From positions 160,001-224,000 of the forward strand of contig CBDCOZ010000003.1 in NCBI GenBank assembly GCA_965220085.1: a stretch of DNA of 64,000 nucleotides, given 5' to 3'. Position 1 is the stretch's first letter; every line of letters begins with the position of its first letter. The notes under the pieces were generated by a model. That model saw only the letters and a list, made by a program, of their open reading frames with translations. It had not been told where the DNA came from and ran no database searches. Positions 1 through 11,139 of the stretch are shown here, one piece after another. The translations under genes were made by a program, and so were the position numbers. Source of the stretch: Candidatus Oxydemutatoraceae bacterium (GTDB taxonomy: Bacteria; Pseudomonadota; Gammaproteobacteria; Poriferisulfidales; Oxydemutatoraceae).

Positions 1-819
1 GATGTCAGAGCAAATTCCGGAAAGGCTTTTGTGGCAAACTGCAATCGGGACGGGGCCGTCCCCGGCGGTTATCCGCCAAACGAAAACCTCAACGGCGAAA
101 CCGAATGCGCATGCAATCGGGATTCGCACATCGGCGACTGGCCGGACTGCGAGGCCTTTCCGACTGGCTTAACCCGCGCCGAGCGGGAGGGGGCTCACAC
201 ATGTGCGGATCAAGGGTGGACTATTTCCACCGCCACCGCCTTCTTCAAATGCGACATTCCGCTGACCTCCGGCGGGCAACCTTTTATTGACGGGTGCTTT
301 TTCGGCGGTTCGGGTTCGCCGCAGTGCGCGGATGTGTTCGGTACGGAGTTCGACCTGCCGGAAAGGGAAGTTCCGCAGTTGGTTTTGAATCTTGCCAACG
401 CCTTTGACGCGAAGTCCCGCGAACAGATCGGCGATACTCTCAGAGCCGCCGCGGCGGTTTACGCGGAGGCGGTATGGGCGCGATACAACCGCGATTCGGA
501 TTATCTGGACGGCCCTACCAACAACCACAACAGCAGCAGCGATGCCGACAAAAGCAACATTGCCCTGAGAGTTTCGGGTCCGGTTTTCACGGCGCATGGA
601 ATTCCTTTTAATTGGCAACCGGATTTGTTCCGGATACCGGCTGCGATTCGGCTGGCGTACAGTCTTATTCCGGAGGCGGTGCCGTATGTTTTCAATTGCG
701 GGGAGGGCATGTTTCCGACAACGGTCAACACTTACGGCGCGACGGCATGCACTGCCACCGACCCGCGCATGCGCTTGCGGCTACGGCTGCGCATCTTTCT
801 GGAAGGCCCGCTGCGGTAG
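1..819 (+). CDS. Cys-rich probable secreted protein, 5'-truncated by window; C-terminal RLRLRIFLEGPLR tail; paralog of 8168-9594
   Basis: Frame open from base 1 (DVRANSGKAFVANCNRD...), collinear with DVRIGSGKRFVANCNRD... of the 8428-9594 ORF with long identical stretches; stop TAG at 817-819. Confidence 0.8.
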   Translation, partial: DVRANSGKAFVANCNRDGAVPGGYPPNENLNGETECACNRDSHIGDWPDCEAFPTGLTRAEREGAHTCADQGWTISTATAFFKCDIPLTSGGQPFIDGCFFGGSGSPQCADVFGTEFDLPEREVPQLVLNLANAFDAKSREQIGDTLRAAAAVYAEAVWARYNRDSDYLDGPTNNHNSSSDADKSNIALRVSGPVFTAHGIPFNWQPDLFRIPAAIRLAYSLIPEAVPYVFNCGEGMFPTTVNTYGATACTATDPRMRLRLRLRIFLEGPLR

Positions 820-1000
820 GCGCTAAGCGCAGGGGCTCGCACAAGCCGATGCGCTTGTGGGGGAGCCGGCAAGCTCAGGCAAAGCCTTGCAAGTTGCCGT
901 TGCGCCTTTTCCCGGAAGGCCCGCGGCGGCTCGTCGGGCGGTTTGCGCCATTCGTCAATAAGCGCGGTTGCCACGGTCGTTTATCGCTTGTAATAAGGCG

Positions 1001-1930
1001 ATGCATTGCTTGCAAAGACAAAATGGTTTTACGCTGATAGAGTTGCTGTCCGCTTTGGCGCTCGGCTCTCTTTTTATTCTCGGCACTCTGTCGTTGTATC
1101 AGAGTGTTAAGAAAACGCATCTCACCGCAGAGCGGCAGACGGAGTTGGCGCAGAATTTTATTTCTATTCGCACACTGATAAAGAACGCGACCGGCGACGG
1201 CGATTTTTGTCAGTCTGCGGACAGGCGGTTCAACTACACCGTTCACGATGAGATATGGGCGGATATCACGGGCGGCGCTTTTGAAGTGCATCCGGTCGGC
1301 GCGAGCGATCCGGCTTTGAAAGCGGTCGGCAACAGCCGCGGCAGGCGCGCCGCCGATAGCGATGTGTTGTTGATTCGCACTGTGCTCCCGCCGCTTGGCA
1401 TGATCAAGCAACACAGCACCGCTACCGGTCACTTTGTTATCAGCCATGGTATCGGGCTCAGGGAGGGCGGCTTGGCGGCGGTGTGTGACGGTCGCGATGT
1501 GGCGTTGCTCAAGATTACCGCTGTCAACGGCACCGGGGTGGATTATCAAATGGCGACGACCGCGACCGTGAGCGCCGGCGCGCCGGCTTTCGGAGAGGGC
1601 GCGGTAATCGCCGCCTATGCTCCGTTGGTCTTCTATGTCGGGCGGTCGGGGACGGGAAGCGGTTTGTCGCTCTACCGGCAGCGCAGTATCGTGCGCACGA
1701 CAGAGGGCAACAAAGCGCCCGCTTTGCACAGCGAAGAAGTCGTCGACAATGTGGCGCGCATGCGCGCGCGGCTGGCGGTGCGGCAAGGCGATGCGTTTGC
1801 GTTTCAGCACCGCGCCGGCACCGCGACGATCGTCGGCGTCGCGGTCGATATGACTTTGGCGGGGCGGGCGAGCGCCGCGGGTGATGATGAACGGGAACGC
1901 TCCTTTTTCTTCAGCGCGCAAAACTTGTGA
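1001..1930 (+). CDS. pilW: Type IV pilus minor pilin, PilW-like
   Basis: Prepilin cleavage motif QNG|FTLIELL after ATG 1001; first of three overlapping pilin-like genes. Confidence 0.75.
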   Translation: MHCLQRQNGFTLIELLSALALGSLFILGTLSLYQSVKKTHLTAERQTELAQNFISIRTLIKNATGDGDFCQSADRRFNYTVHDEIWADITGGAFEVHPVGASDPALKAVGNSRGRRAADSDVLLIRTVLPPLGMIKQHSTATGHFVISHGIGLREGGLAAVCDGRDVALLKITAVNGTGVDYQMATTATVSAGAPAFGEGAVIAAYAPLVFYVGRSGTGSGLSLYRQRSIVRTTEGNKAPALHSEEVVDNVARMRARLAVRQGDAFAFQHRAGTATIVGVAVDMTLAGRASAAGDDERERSFFFSAQNL

Positions 1931-2417
1931 GCGCGGCATCGTGTTGCCTTTTGTGCTGCTGATGTTGACGCTTGCCAGTTTGATGGCGATTGCCGGAATT
2001 CAGCGCGCGACGCTGCACACGGCGCTGATCCGCTCGCTCAATCTGCATGCGCAGATGGAAGATGTGCTGGGCGCGACCTTGCAGCAGGGGCGGGCCGAAG
2101 TGTTGGCGCTTGCCGAGCAAGCCGATTTTGCCGCCGCCGCGCTGGCGCAATACGCGCGGGCGCAGCGCGACAGTTGGCAAGACTTTGATTGGAGCAATGC
2201 CACCGATGCGGCGAGCACATCGCTTGTCGCGGGCGCATTCTTTGTTGAGCGCTTGCACACGACGGAGGCGCATTGTTGTCATTTCTTGATCAATGCGCGG
2301 GCGGTCAAGAGCGGCGAGGCGACGGCTTTGTTCGGGCAATCGGCGCTGTCGTTTCATGTCGCCAGCACCGCGACCTACGAACTGTTCTCCCATGTTGACC
2401 GGATCATCGTCGAATAG
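1881..2417 (+). CDS. pilX: Type IV pilus minor pilin, PilX-like
   Basis: ERG|IVLPFVLLMLTLASLMAI prepilin-like N-terminus lacking Glu5, typical of PilX; lies between pilW-like and pilE-like genes. Confidence 0.7.
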   Translation: MMMNGNAPFSSARKTCERGIVLPFVLLMLTLASLMAIAGIQRATLHTALIRSLNLHAQMEDVLGATLQQGRAEVLALAEQADFAAAALAQYARAQRDSWQDFDWSNATDAASTSLVAGAFFVERLHTTEAHCCHFLINARAVKSGEATALFGQSALSFHVASTATYELFSHVDRIIVE

Positions 2418-2793
2418 GCGCGGGCGCGGCTTCACGTTGCTTGAGTTGCTGGTCGTCGTCGCGATACTGGCTTTGTTGGTCGGCGGCGCGGTGCCGAGCT
2501 ATATGGCGCACCGGCAGGAGATGCAACGCGCCGAAGTGCGCAACCGTTTGCTTGATTTGATGCGGCTTGAGCAAAACTATTATCTGCTGCGGCTGACGTA
2601 TACGACCGATTTAAGCGGAGAGATCGATGCGGCGCATTTGCTGTCGGGCACGGATTATGCGATTACCGCGGCGGCTTGCGATGATGATATCGCGCAATGC
2701 GTGCGCTTGTCGGCTGTGCCCTCCGATGCCGATGCGCGCACCTTGACGCTTGATTCAAACGGCGCGTATGCGCCTGCCGAATTGTGGCGATGA
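2392..2793 (+). CDS. pilE: Type IV pilus minor pilin, PilE-like
   Basis: RG|FTLLELLVVVAILALL...PSY; C-terminal Cys pair and LTLDSNG motif; ATG at 2392. Confidence 0.8.
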   Translation: MLTGSSSNRRGRGFTLLELLVVVAILALLVGGAVPSYMAHRQEMQRAEVRNRLLDLMRLEQNYYLLRLTYTTDLSGEIDAAHLLSGTDYAITAAACDDDIAQCVRLSAVPSDADARTLTLDSNGAYAPAELWR

Positions 2794-3488
2794 CCGCGCC
2801 GCGGCGCATTTGCTGTCGGGCACGGATTATGCGATTACCGCGGCGGCTTGCGACGATGATATCGCGCAATGCGCGCGCTTGTCGGCTGTGCCCTCCGATG
2901 CCGATGCGCGCACCTTGACGCTTGATTCAAACGGCGCGTATGCGCCTGCCGAATTGTGGCGATGACCGCGCCGCGGCGCATTTGCTGTCGGGCACGGATT
3001 ATGCGATTACCGCGGCGGCTTGCGACGATGATATCGCGCAATGCGCGCGCTTGTCGGCTGTGCCCTCCGATGCCGATGCGCGCACCTTGACGCTTGATTC
3101 AAACGGCGCGTATGCGCCTGCCGAATTGTGGCGATGACCGCGCCGCGGCGCATTTGCTGTCGGGCACGGATTATGCGATTACCGCGGCGGCTTGCGACGA
3201 TGATATCGCGCAATGCGCGCGCTTGTCGGCTGTGCCCTCCGATGCCGATGCGCGCACCTTGACGCTTGATTCAAACGGCGCGTATGCGCCGCCCGAATTG
3301 TGGCGATGACCGCGCCGCGGCGCATTTGCTGTCGGGCACAGACTATGCGATTACCGCGGCGGCTTGCGACGATGATATCGCGCAATGCGCGCGCTTGTCG
3401 GCTGTGCCCTCCGATGCCGATGCGCGCACCTTGACGCTTGATTCAAACGGCGCGTATGCGCCGCCCGAATTGTGGCGATGACCGCGCC
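2629..3488 (+). repeat. Five tandem 172-bp copies of the pilE 3' end (last ~54 codons + stop + 7 nt)
   Basis: Units start at 2629, 2801, 2973, 3145 and 3317; a few SNPs separate copies (CVR/CAR, PAE/PPE, synonymous acggat/acagac). Confidence 0.97.
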
Positions 3489-3502
3489 GTGACGCAACCG
3501 AC

Positions 3503-5809
3503 TCAGGCGGATTTTTTCTTGTGCGGGGCGCGTTTCTTTTTCGCCGGAGCTTCTTCGATCATCTTGACGCATTGCTCCGGCGTCAGCGAGGCGGGGTCGG
3601 TGTCTTTCGGCACCTTGACGTTTTTCTTGCCGTCGGTCACATACGGGCCGTAGTGGCCGTTCAGGACTTTGATTTTTTGCTCGGGAAATTCGCGAATCAG
3701 TTTTTTCGCATCGGCTTCTTTCTTTTCCTCGATGAGATCGAGCGCGCGCGCGCGTTCTATCGTGTACGGGTCGTCTTCTTTTGGCAGCGATACGTATTTG
3801 TCGCCGTATTTGACATAAGGCCCGAAGCGCCCGATGGCGACGCTGATCGGTTCGTCGTCGTCCGTCGTTCCCAACTCGCGCGGCAACTTCAACAGGCCCA
3901 AGGCTTCTTCCAGCGTGATCGTTTCAATGGCTTGGTCTTTCTTCAGGCTCGCAAACTGCGGTTTCTGCTCGTCTTCGGCCTGCCCCATCTGCACATACGG
4001 GCCGTAGCGTCCCAGCCGCGCGCTGATCGGTCGCCCGCTTTCGGGGTGAGCGCCGAGTTCGCGCGCCTGCGCCACATCTTGCCTGGAAACGGTCTCGGTT
4101 TTGTCTTCCACCAACTTTTTGAACGGGCGCCAAAAGTCCGATAACACGGGAACCCACTCTTTTTCGCCGCGGGATATCTCATCCAGTTTGTCTTCCAGCC
4201 GCGCGGTGAAGTCGTAGTTTACGTATTGCGCGAAGTGCTCGGTCAGGAATTTGGTGACGATGCGCCCGGTCGTTGTCGGGTGAAACGCTTTGCTTTCAAT
4301 CACCGCGTATTCCCTGCTCTGCAAGGTTGAGATGATGCTGGCGTAGGTGGACGGCCTGCCGATGCCGTGCTCTTCCAGCGTTTTGATCAGGGTCGCTTCG
4401 TTGTAACGCGGCGGCGGTTCGGTAAAGCGCTGTGTCGGCACGACTTCTTTCAGTGTCACTTCGTCGCCTTGTGCCAACGCGGGGAGCGGCGGGTTTTTGT
4501 CGGAAGATTTGCCGCGGTCGGGGTAGACTTCCAGATAGCCCGCTATCTTGACGGTCGAGCCGGTGGCTCTGAAGATGTGGCCGTCTCCGCACGACAACTC
4601 CGCCGCCACTTGGTCAATCGTTGCGTGTATCATCTGGCTTGCGACCGACCGCGCCCACACCGAACTGTAGAGTTTGAATTGTTCCTCGCTCAGATGCGAT
4701 TTCACTTGGGCGGGCGCGCGCGCCGCCGAAGTCGGGCGGATGGCTTCGTGCGCTTCCTGCGCATTCTTTGATTTGGTCTTAAAGCGCCGCGGCGCGTCCG
4801 GCAGTTTGTCCGCGCCCAGATCGCTCTTGATGTAGGCGCGCAGATCGCGCAGCGCATTTTCGGACAGGGTCACCGAGTCGGTGCGCATGTAGGTAATCAG
4901 CCCGACCGCTCCGCTGCCAAGGTCCACCCCTTCGTACAGTTGTTGCGCGACGCGCATGGTGCGCGATGACGTAAAGCCGTAGCGCCGCGCGCATTCTTGT
5001 TGCAGGGTGGATGTGATCAGCGGCGGCGGCGGGTTGCGCTTGCGTTGCTTCTTTTCGTGGGTATCGACCTTCAGTTTGCCGTTTGCGTTTTCGGTCACCG
5101 CGGCGCATATGTCGGTCGATTGCTTCTCGTTGTTCAGATTAAACTGCTTGAGTTTTTGCTCGCCGATAGCGACCAGATTTGCGACAAAAGGCTGCGTGTC
5201 TTTTTCCAGTCGCGCCTCAATAGTCCAATACTCGCGCGGCTCGAAGGCTTCGATCTCTTCTTCCCGTTCGACCAGCAAGCGCAGCGCCGGGCTCTGCACG
5301 CGCCCGGCCGACAAGCCCGAGCTGACTTTGCGCCACAGCAACGGCGAGAGGTTGAAACCGACGAGGTAGTCAAGCGCGCGGCGCGCCTGTTGCGCGTTGA
5401 TCAGGGTGTCGGACAACTCTCTGGGGTTGTTGACCGCTTCCTGAACCGCCTCCTTGGTGATTTCATAGAAGACGACGCGATAGACCTTCTTGTCTTTTAG
5501 CGCTTTCTTGGCTTTCAATAATTCAAACAGGTGCCACGAGATGGCTTCGCCTTCGCGGTCGGGGTCGGTTGCGAGATACAGGCAGTCCGACTTCCTCATC
5601 ATTTGCACGATCTTGTCGACGTGCTTTTTGTTTCTCGCGACCGCTTCGTATTTCATCTCAAAATCGTTGTCGGTATCCACCGCGCCGCCTTTCGGAATCA
5701 GATCGCGGACATGGCCGTAGGATGCGAGCACCTCAAAGTCCGGGCCGAGGTATTTTTTTATCGTGCGTGACTTTGCCGGGGATTCGACAATTAGGATGTT
5801 GCTGCTCAT
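3503..5809 (-). CDS. topA: DNA topoisomerase I
   Basis: IVESPAK, ASYGHVRDL, ATDPDREGE, SAGRVQS, LITYMRTDS, AHEAIRPT, GIGRPSTY motifs; C-terminal GRYGPY repeats. Confidence 0.98.
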   Translation of the reverse strand: MSSNILIVESPAKSRTIKKYLGPDFEVLASYGHVRDLIPKGGAVDTDNDFEMKYEAVARNKKHVDKIVQMMRKSDCLYLATDPDREGEAISWHLFELLKAKKALKDKKVYRVVFYEITKEAVQEAVNNPRELSDTLINAQQARRALDYLVGFNLSPLLWRKVSSGLSAGRVQSPALRLLVEREEEIEAFEPREYWTIEARLEKDTQPFVANLVAIGEQKLKQFNLNNEKQSTDICAAVTENANGKLKVDTHEKKQRKRNPPPPLITSTLQQECARRYGFTSSRTMRVAQQLYEGVDLGSGAVGLITYMRTDSVTLSENALRDLRAYIKSDLGADKLPDAPRRFKTKSKNAQEAHEAIRPTSAARAPAQVKSHLSEEQFKLYSSVWARSVASQMIHATIDQVAAELSCGDGHIFRATGSTVKIAGYLEVYPDRGKSSDKNPPLPALAQGDEVTLKEVVPTQRFTEPPPRYNEATLIKTLEEHGIGRPSTYASIISTLQSREYAVIESKAFHPTTTGRIVTKFLTEHFAQYVNYDFTARLEDKLDEISRGEKEWVPVLSDFWRPFKKLVEDKTETVSRQDVAQARELGAHPESGRPISARLGRYGPYVQMGQAEDEQKPQFASLKKDQAIETITLEEALGLLKLPRELGTTDDDEPISVAIGRFGPYVKYGDKYVSLPKEDDPYTIERARALDLIEEKKEADAKKLIREFPEQKIKVLNGHYGPYVTDGKKNVKVPKDTDPASLTPEQCVKMIEEAPAKKKRAPHKKKSA

Positions 5810-6005
5810 TTGTTTGTTTTTGTTTGTTTGAAAAGTTTGTTAATGAAAAAGTTTGTAATGAAGTTGAGGTTGTTACCCTTATAAATCTATCACATGCCGG
5901 CGGATTCTTTGTTACCAGCGCCGCCGAACGGTGGCGGATTATATTACATAATCGGCAACATTCGCGAATAGAGTATCGCATCCGCCCGTTCGAATCCCAT
6001 CCGAA

Positions 6006-7425
<1,420 letters not shown>

Positions 7426-7665
7426 TTAACTCGGCAAATAGCGGATAGCATCGGCATATGCGGGATACGCTTGCTCTCCGCCCGGCCGACAACGGAAGCT
7501 GTTGCAAATGGCGATGTTTCATCGCTGTTTTCAGCGGTGAGAGTTTTGTCACGACCGCACATATGCAAGGGCATTTTTTCTTGTAAGCAGGCATTCTGTC
7601 GGATATAATCTGCCAGATTGTATAATCATCTTCTGACTAGAATACTCATTACTACGAGAATACAT

Positions 7666-7941
7666 ATGTCTATATTCACAGTTATAAGTTTGGCTGATGG
7701 CGATCCGGTCTCTTTGCGTCAAAAAATTGAAGAAAAATATCCCGATAATTATATCCCAGCGGCAAGGAGGACATCGCCTTTATACGTTCTAATGAAACGA
7801 CATCCGAAATTGCGGGGAAATCTGGGAATGAACGTAAAAAGCAAGATACTTGGCGTGGTAATTAAGCATGAAACATGGTATGGATTTTCCGATCTCGAAT
7901 TGTGGGATTGGGGCAATAAGGTAACAACAGGTGCGCAATAG
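7666..7941 (+). CDS. Small AT-rich hypothetical protein, possibly with a compensated double frameshift
   Basis: MSIFTVISL...YGFSDLELWDW; an alternative frame in the middle (GKEDIAFIRSNETTSEIAG) looks more protein-like. Confidence 0.45.
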   Translation: MSIFTVISLADGDPVSLRQKIEEKYPDNYIPAARRTSPLYVLMKRHPKLRGNLGMNVKSKILGVVIKHETWYGFSDLELWDWGNKVTTGAQ

Positions 7942-8171
7942 CCGCCTAAAATCTGTTCGGTCATCTCCCGCCGGAGAACCGGGAACGGGCGGCGGAGGCG
8001 GCGGACATGGAAATGGGTTTGCGCAACTTTCCCAGCGGCTGACTGTTATAGAAACAGAAACGAAGTATGTGGCAACCAAAGATGATTTATCCGCCGCTTT
8101 ATCCAAAGCAATCAAAGGAGCAGAAAACAAAAAACATTCGATGGGGATTTGTGATAGGATACGCATCATGA
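7931..8171 (+). pseudogene. Phage-type small coiled-coil protein (GGGGG...RLTVIET...ATKDDL), probably frameshifted before its hydrophobic tail
   Basis: Gly run plus ATKxDL motif; after the A-run near 8130 a shifted frame reads NIRWGFVIGYAS* ending at 8171. Confidence 0.4.
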
Positions 8172-9594
8172 CTCTTGACCTTTTCATTTGCGCGCGCGAT
8201 TCAAATCTTCTTCAGAAGGTTAATCAAATCTTCTGCGGAAGGTTAAAAACCCTCGCCGCGTTTTTTAACGCCGCACAGCGCCGCGCAGCCGCATTAGCGC
8301 CCGTTTCCCCCCCCCCCCCCCCCCCCCCCCTCCCCGTGCGCTTAGAGTCTGTGCGGCGGTAATACTCGCCGGCGCATTTGCAAACAGCGCGTACGCGCAA
8401 ACCGAATGTGCGGCGGACAAGCCGCTGATGAACGAAGGCGTGTGCGTTGCCAGTTGTCCGTCGGGACGGGAAGCTGTTGGCGGAACTTGCCACGCTGTCT
8501 GCGCAGCAGGGGAGACGCGAGTCACGCGTCCGGACATCCCAAGCTCCACCGGATGCTTTGCCGATGCCACGGCCAAAATGCTGAGCGATTGCGAAGCCGC
8601 GGGATGGGGGAGTCGGACGGCTATCTTGTCGGATTTCTTCCAACTCGGAACGGGCTGTCTGATTCCCTCAAGACAGGTGGGCCACACGTCCGCGAGGCAG
8701 TGCAAAACCACTTTGGGATTTGCTTCGTTTCCGTTCTGCACGGACATGTACGGCGACCCGCCGGTCTTTCCGAAAGCGGCGGACCATACCGATGTTAGAA
8801 TAGGTTCCGGAAAGCGTTTTGTTGCAAACTGCAACCGAGACGGGACTGTCCCCGGCGGTTATCCGCCGAACCACAACTTGAACGGCGAAACCGAATGCAT
8901 ATGCCATCGGGATTCGCACGTCGGCGACTGGCCGGACTGCGCGGCCTTTCCGGTCAGTCTGACGGCGGCGGATAGGGCGATGGCGCAGACATGTGTGGCG
9001 CAAGGGTGGACTATTTCCACCGCCACCGCCGCCTCTATCAAATGCGACATTCCGCTGACCTCCGGCGAGGATACTTTTGACGGGTGCTTTCTCGGCGGTC
9101 AGGATTCGCCGCTGTGCGCGGATGTTTTTGGCGCGGGGTTCGCCCTGCCGGAAAGGGAGGTTCCGCAGTTGGTTTTGAATCTTGCCAACGCCTTTGACGC
9201 AAAGTTTAGCGAACGGCTTGGCGATGCTGTCAGAGCCGCCGCGCCGGTTTACGCGGAGGCGGTATGGGCGCGACACAACGGCGATCCGAATTATGCGGCC
9301 GGCCCTATCAACACCCACAACAGCAACAGCGATGCCGACAAAAGCAACATTGCCGTTCAGGTTGCGGCTCCGGTTTTCACGGCGCATGGAATTCCTTTTA
9401 ACTGGGGGCTGGATGTCTCGCGGATTCCGGCTGCGATTCGGTTGGCGTACGGTCGTATTCCGGTGGCGGTGCCGTATGTTTTCAATTGCGGGGAGGGCAT
9501 GATTCCGGCGGGTGCGAATCTGAATGGCGCGACGGAATGCGTTTCAGGCTTGCGCTTGCGGCTGCGCCTCTTTCTTGAAGGCCCGTTGCGATAG
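8168..9594 (+). CDS. Cys-rich secreted protein with LRLRLFLEGPLR tail; frame interrupted by a C24 tract (phase-OFF or sequencing error)
   Basis: The 8428 ORF frame extends upstream through a signal peptide (RALRVCAAVILAGAFANSAYA|QTEC) to the poly-C with no start codon after TAA 8266. ATG 8168 with AGGA upstream is in another frame and joins if the tract is C22 or C25. Confidence 0.7.
8307..8330 (+). repeat. Poly-C homopolymer (C24)
   Basis: 24 consecutive C. Confidence 0.95.
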
Positions 9595-9878
9595 CGCGAG
9601 TGCCGGAGAGATGAGGCGGCCGGTGCAAGCACGAGGCTTCCCCCCACCGCATCGCCGCCCCACAAGGGGAGCGTGTCGTCGGTGCGAGCAACGCCCGACG
9701 AGGGTGGCGGCGCTCCTGCTGCGCTTTTTGATTCGGCGGCGGGAGGAGTTTATGTTGGGGAATTATGTATTTAACTTGACAGAGGCAGATTATGTCAGGC
9801 AGGAAACTTGACAAAGATACCAGTACGCTATATACCTATATCTTAATTCGTTGTTAAACCACTTTGGGGATTAGGACT

Positions 9879-10799
9879 ATGAGTAAGAGAAAAGCAGAAA
9901 TATTAAGCCTATATCAGATTATGGAGCAATACCCGACCGATGAAGCGACCATACGATACCTTGAAAGTCTGGCATGGAGTGATAAGCCGGTATGTTCTAA
10001 ATGCGGATGTGATAACAAAATTACAGAGCAAAAGAAAGCTGGCGATTATTGGTGCGGTAGCTGTCGTTCATACTTCAATGTATTCACCAATACACCGCTA
10101 GAGCGGAATAAAGTAGATGCCAGAAAATGGGTTTATGCTTCCTATACCCTGCTCACTTCACGCAAAGGGATAAGCAGTCTGCAATTAAGCAAAGAGATTG
10201 GAGTGCAACAAAGAACAGCGTGGTATATGCTTCACCGCTTGCGGGTTATATGTGGCGGGGATATGCAGGCGCTGCATGGGCAAGTAGAGACAGATGAAAC
10301 TTATATCGGCGGCAAGGAGAAAAACCGCCATCCCAACAAGAAAAAGCGGGCGGGTCGCGGTGGTGCTGGCAAGACTGCTATACTGGGTATGCGAGAGCGT
10401 AAAGGCAGAGTAAAGGCCATGCCAGTAGAGAACACTACAAAGGAAACACTACAGACCGCCGTACATAAAAATGTCCGCAAGGGTTCTACCCTTTTTACTG
10501 ATGAAAACCCCTCATACAATGGTGTTGCCAATCGCCACTATGCGGTTAATCATTCTGCGAAGGAATATGTAAATGGTATGGCGCACACTAACGGCATAGA
10601 ATCCGTATGGGCTGTACTCAAGAGAGGTTTTAGCGGTGTGTATCACAACTGGAGTAAGAAGCATTGCAGGGCTTATGTCAATGAGTTTTCCTTCCGTCTT
10701 AACGATGGCAATTGTGAGATAGATACCCAAGACAGATTAAACAGTTTGTTTGCCGGTATGCACGGCAAGCAGATTACTTATAAGGAATTGACAGGATGA
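9879..10799 (+). CDS. IS1595-family DDE transposase
   Basis: Zn ribbon CSKC...CGSC, VETDETYIGG, FTDE, HTNGIESVW, YVNEFSFR. Confidence 0.95.
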   Translation: MSKRKAEILSLYQIMEQYPTDEATIRYLESLAWSDKPVCSKCGCDNKITEQKKAGDYWCGSCRSYFNVFTNTPLERNKVDARKWVYASYTLLTSRKGISSLQLSKEIGVQQRTAWYMLHRLRVICGGDMQALHGQVETDETYIGGKEKNRHPNKKKRAGRGGAGKTAILGMRERKGRVKAMPVENTTKETLQTAVHKNVRKGSTLFTDENPSYNGVANRHYAVNHSAKEYVNGMAHTNGIESVWAVLKRGFSGVYHNWSKKHCRAYVNEFSFRLNDGNCEIDTQDRLNSLFAGMHGKQITYKELTG

Positions 10800-10950
10800 A
10801 AACCACCCACAGCATAACTACAGTTTCGGTGAAGGTAGATAATTCAAAAAGGGTTCCTTTGAAATAGATTTATCGGTGGTGCTATCCTTCCTTTGAGTAT
10901 GAAATAGACAATGTAGAGCATGACACATCTAATCAGTCAGATATGCAAAT

Positions 10951-11109
10951 ATGAAACAGAAAGACTTAGACAGAGCGGCTACGGCACTACTTAAAGCAGG
11001 GAAACCGCCGAAGGATAAAGATTGCCCGATACCGACAAAAGCAGACTTAAACCGTAAGTTTGTCATGCGGGTAGACCGTCAAGGCAAACCCACAATTATT
11101 GAGAAATAA
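10951..11109 (+). CDS. Small passenger ORF inside the IS (52 aa)
   Basis: MKQKDLDRAATALLKAGKPPKD...TIIEK*, ending just before the right TIR. Confidence 0.5.
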   Translation: MKQKDLDRAATALLKAGKPPKDKDCPIPTKADLNRKFVMRVDRQGKPTIIEK

Positions 11110-11139
11110 TACCTCTGTCAAGTTAAATACATAATTCCC

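Larger units (their letters stand above)
9758..11139 (+). mobile_element. Complete IS1595-family insertion sequence (ISNwi1-like ends), 1382 bp
   Basis: Perfect 28-bp TIRs GGGAATTATGTATTTAACTTGACAGAGG at 9758-9785 and 11112-11139; 8-bp TSD TTATGTTG at 9750-9757 and 11140-11147. Confidence 0.96.

Noticed and set aside
2629-3488. CRISPR array
   Set aside because: Units are 172-bp near-identical gene fragments with no unique spacers; no cas genes
2663-3653. Repeated 68-73 aa ORFs (MIQTAR.../MRDIIV...)
   Set aside because: By-products of the 172-bp repeat; weak starts and no RBS
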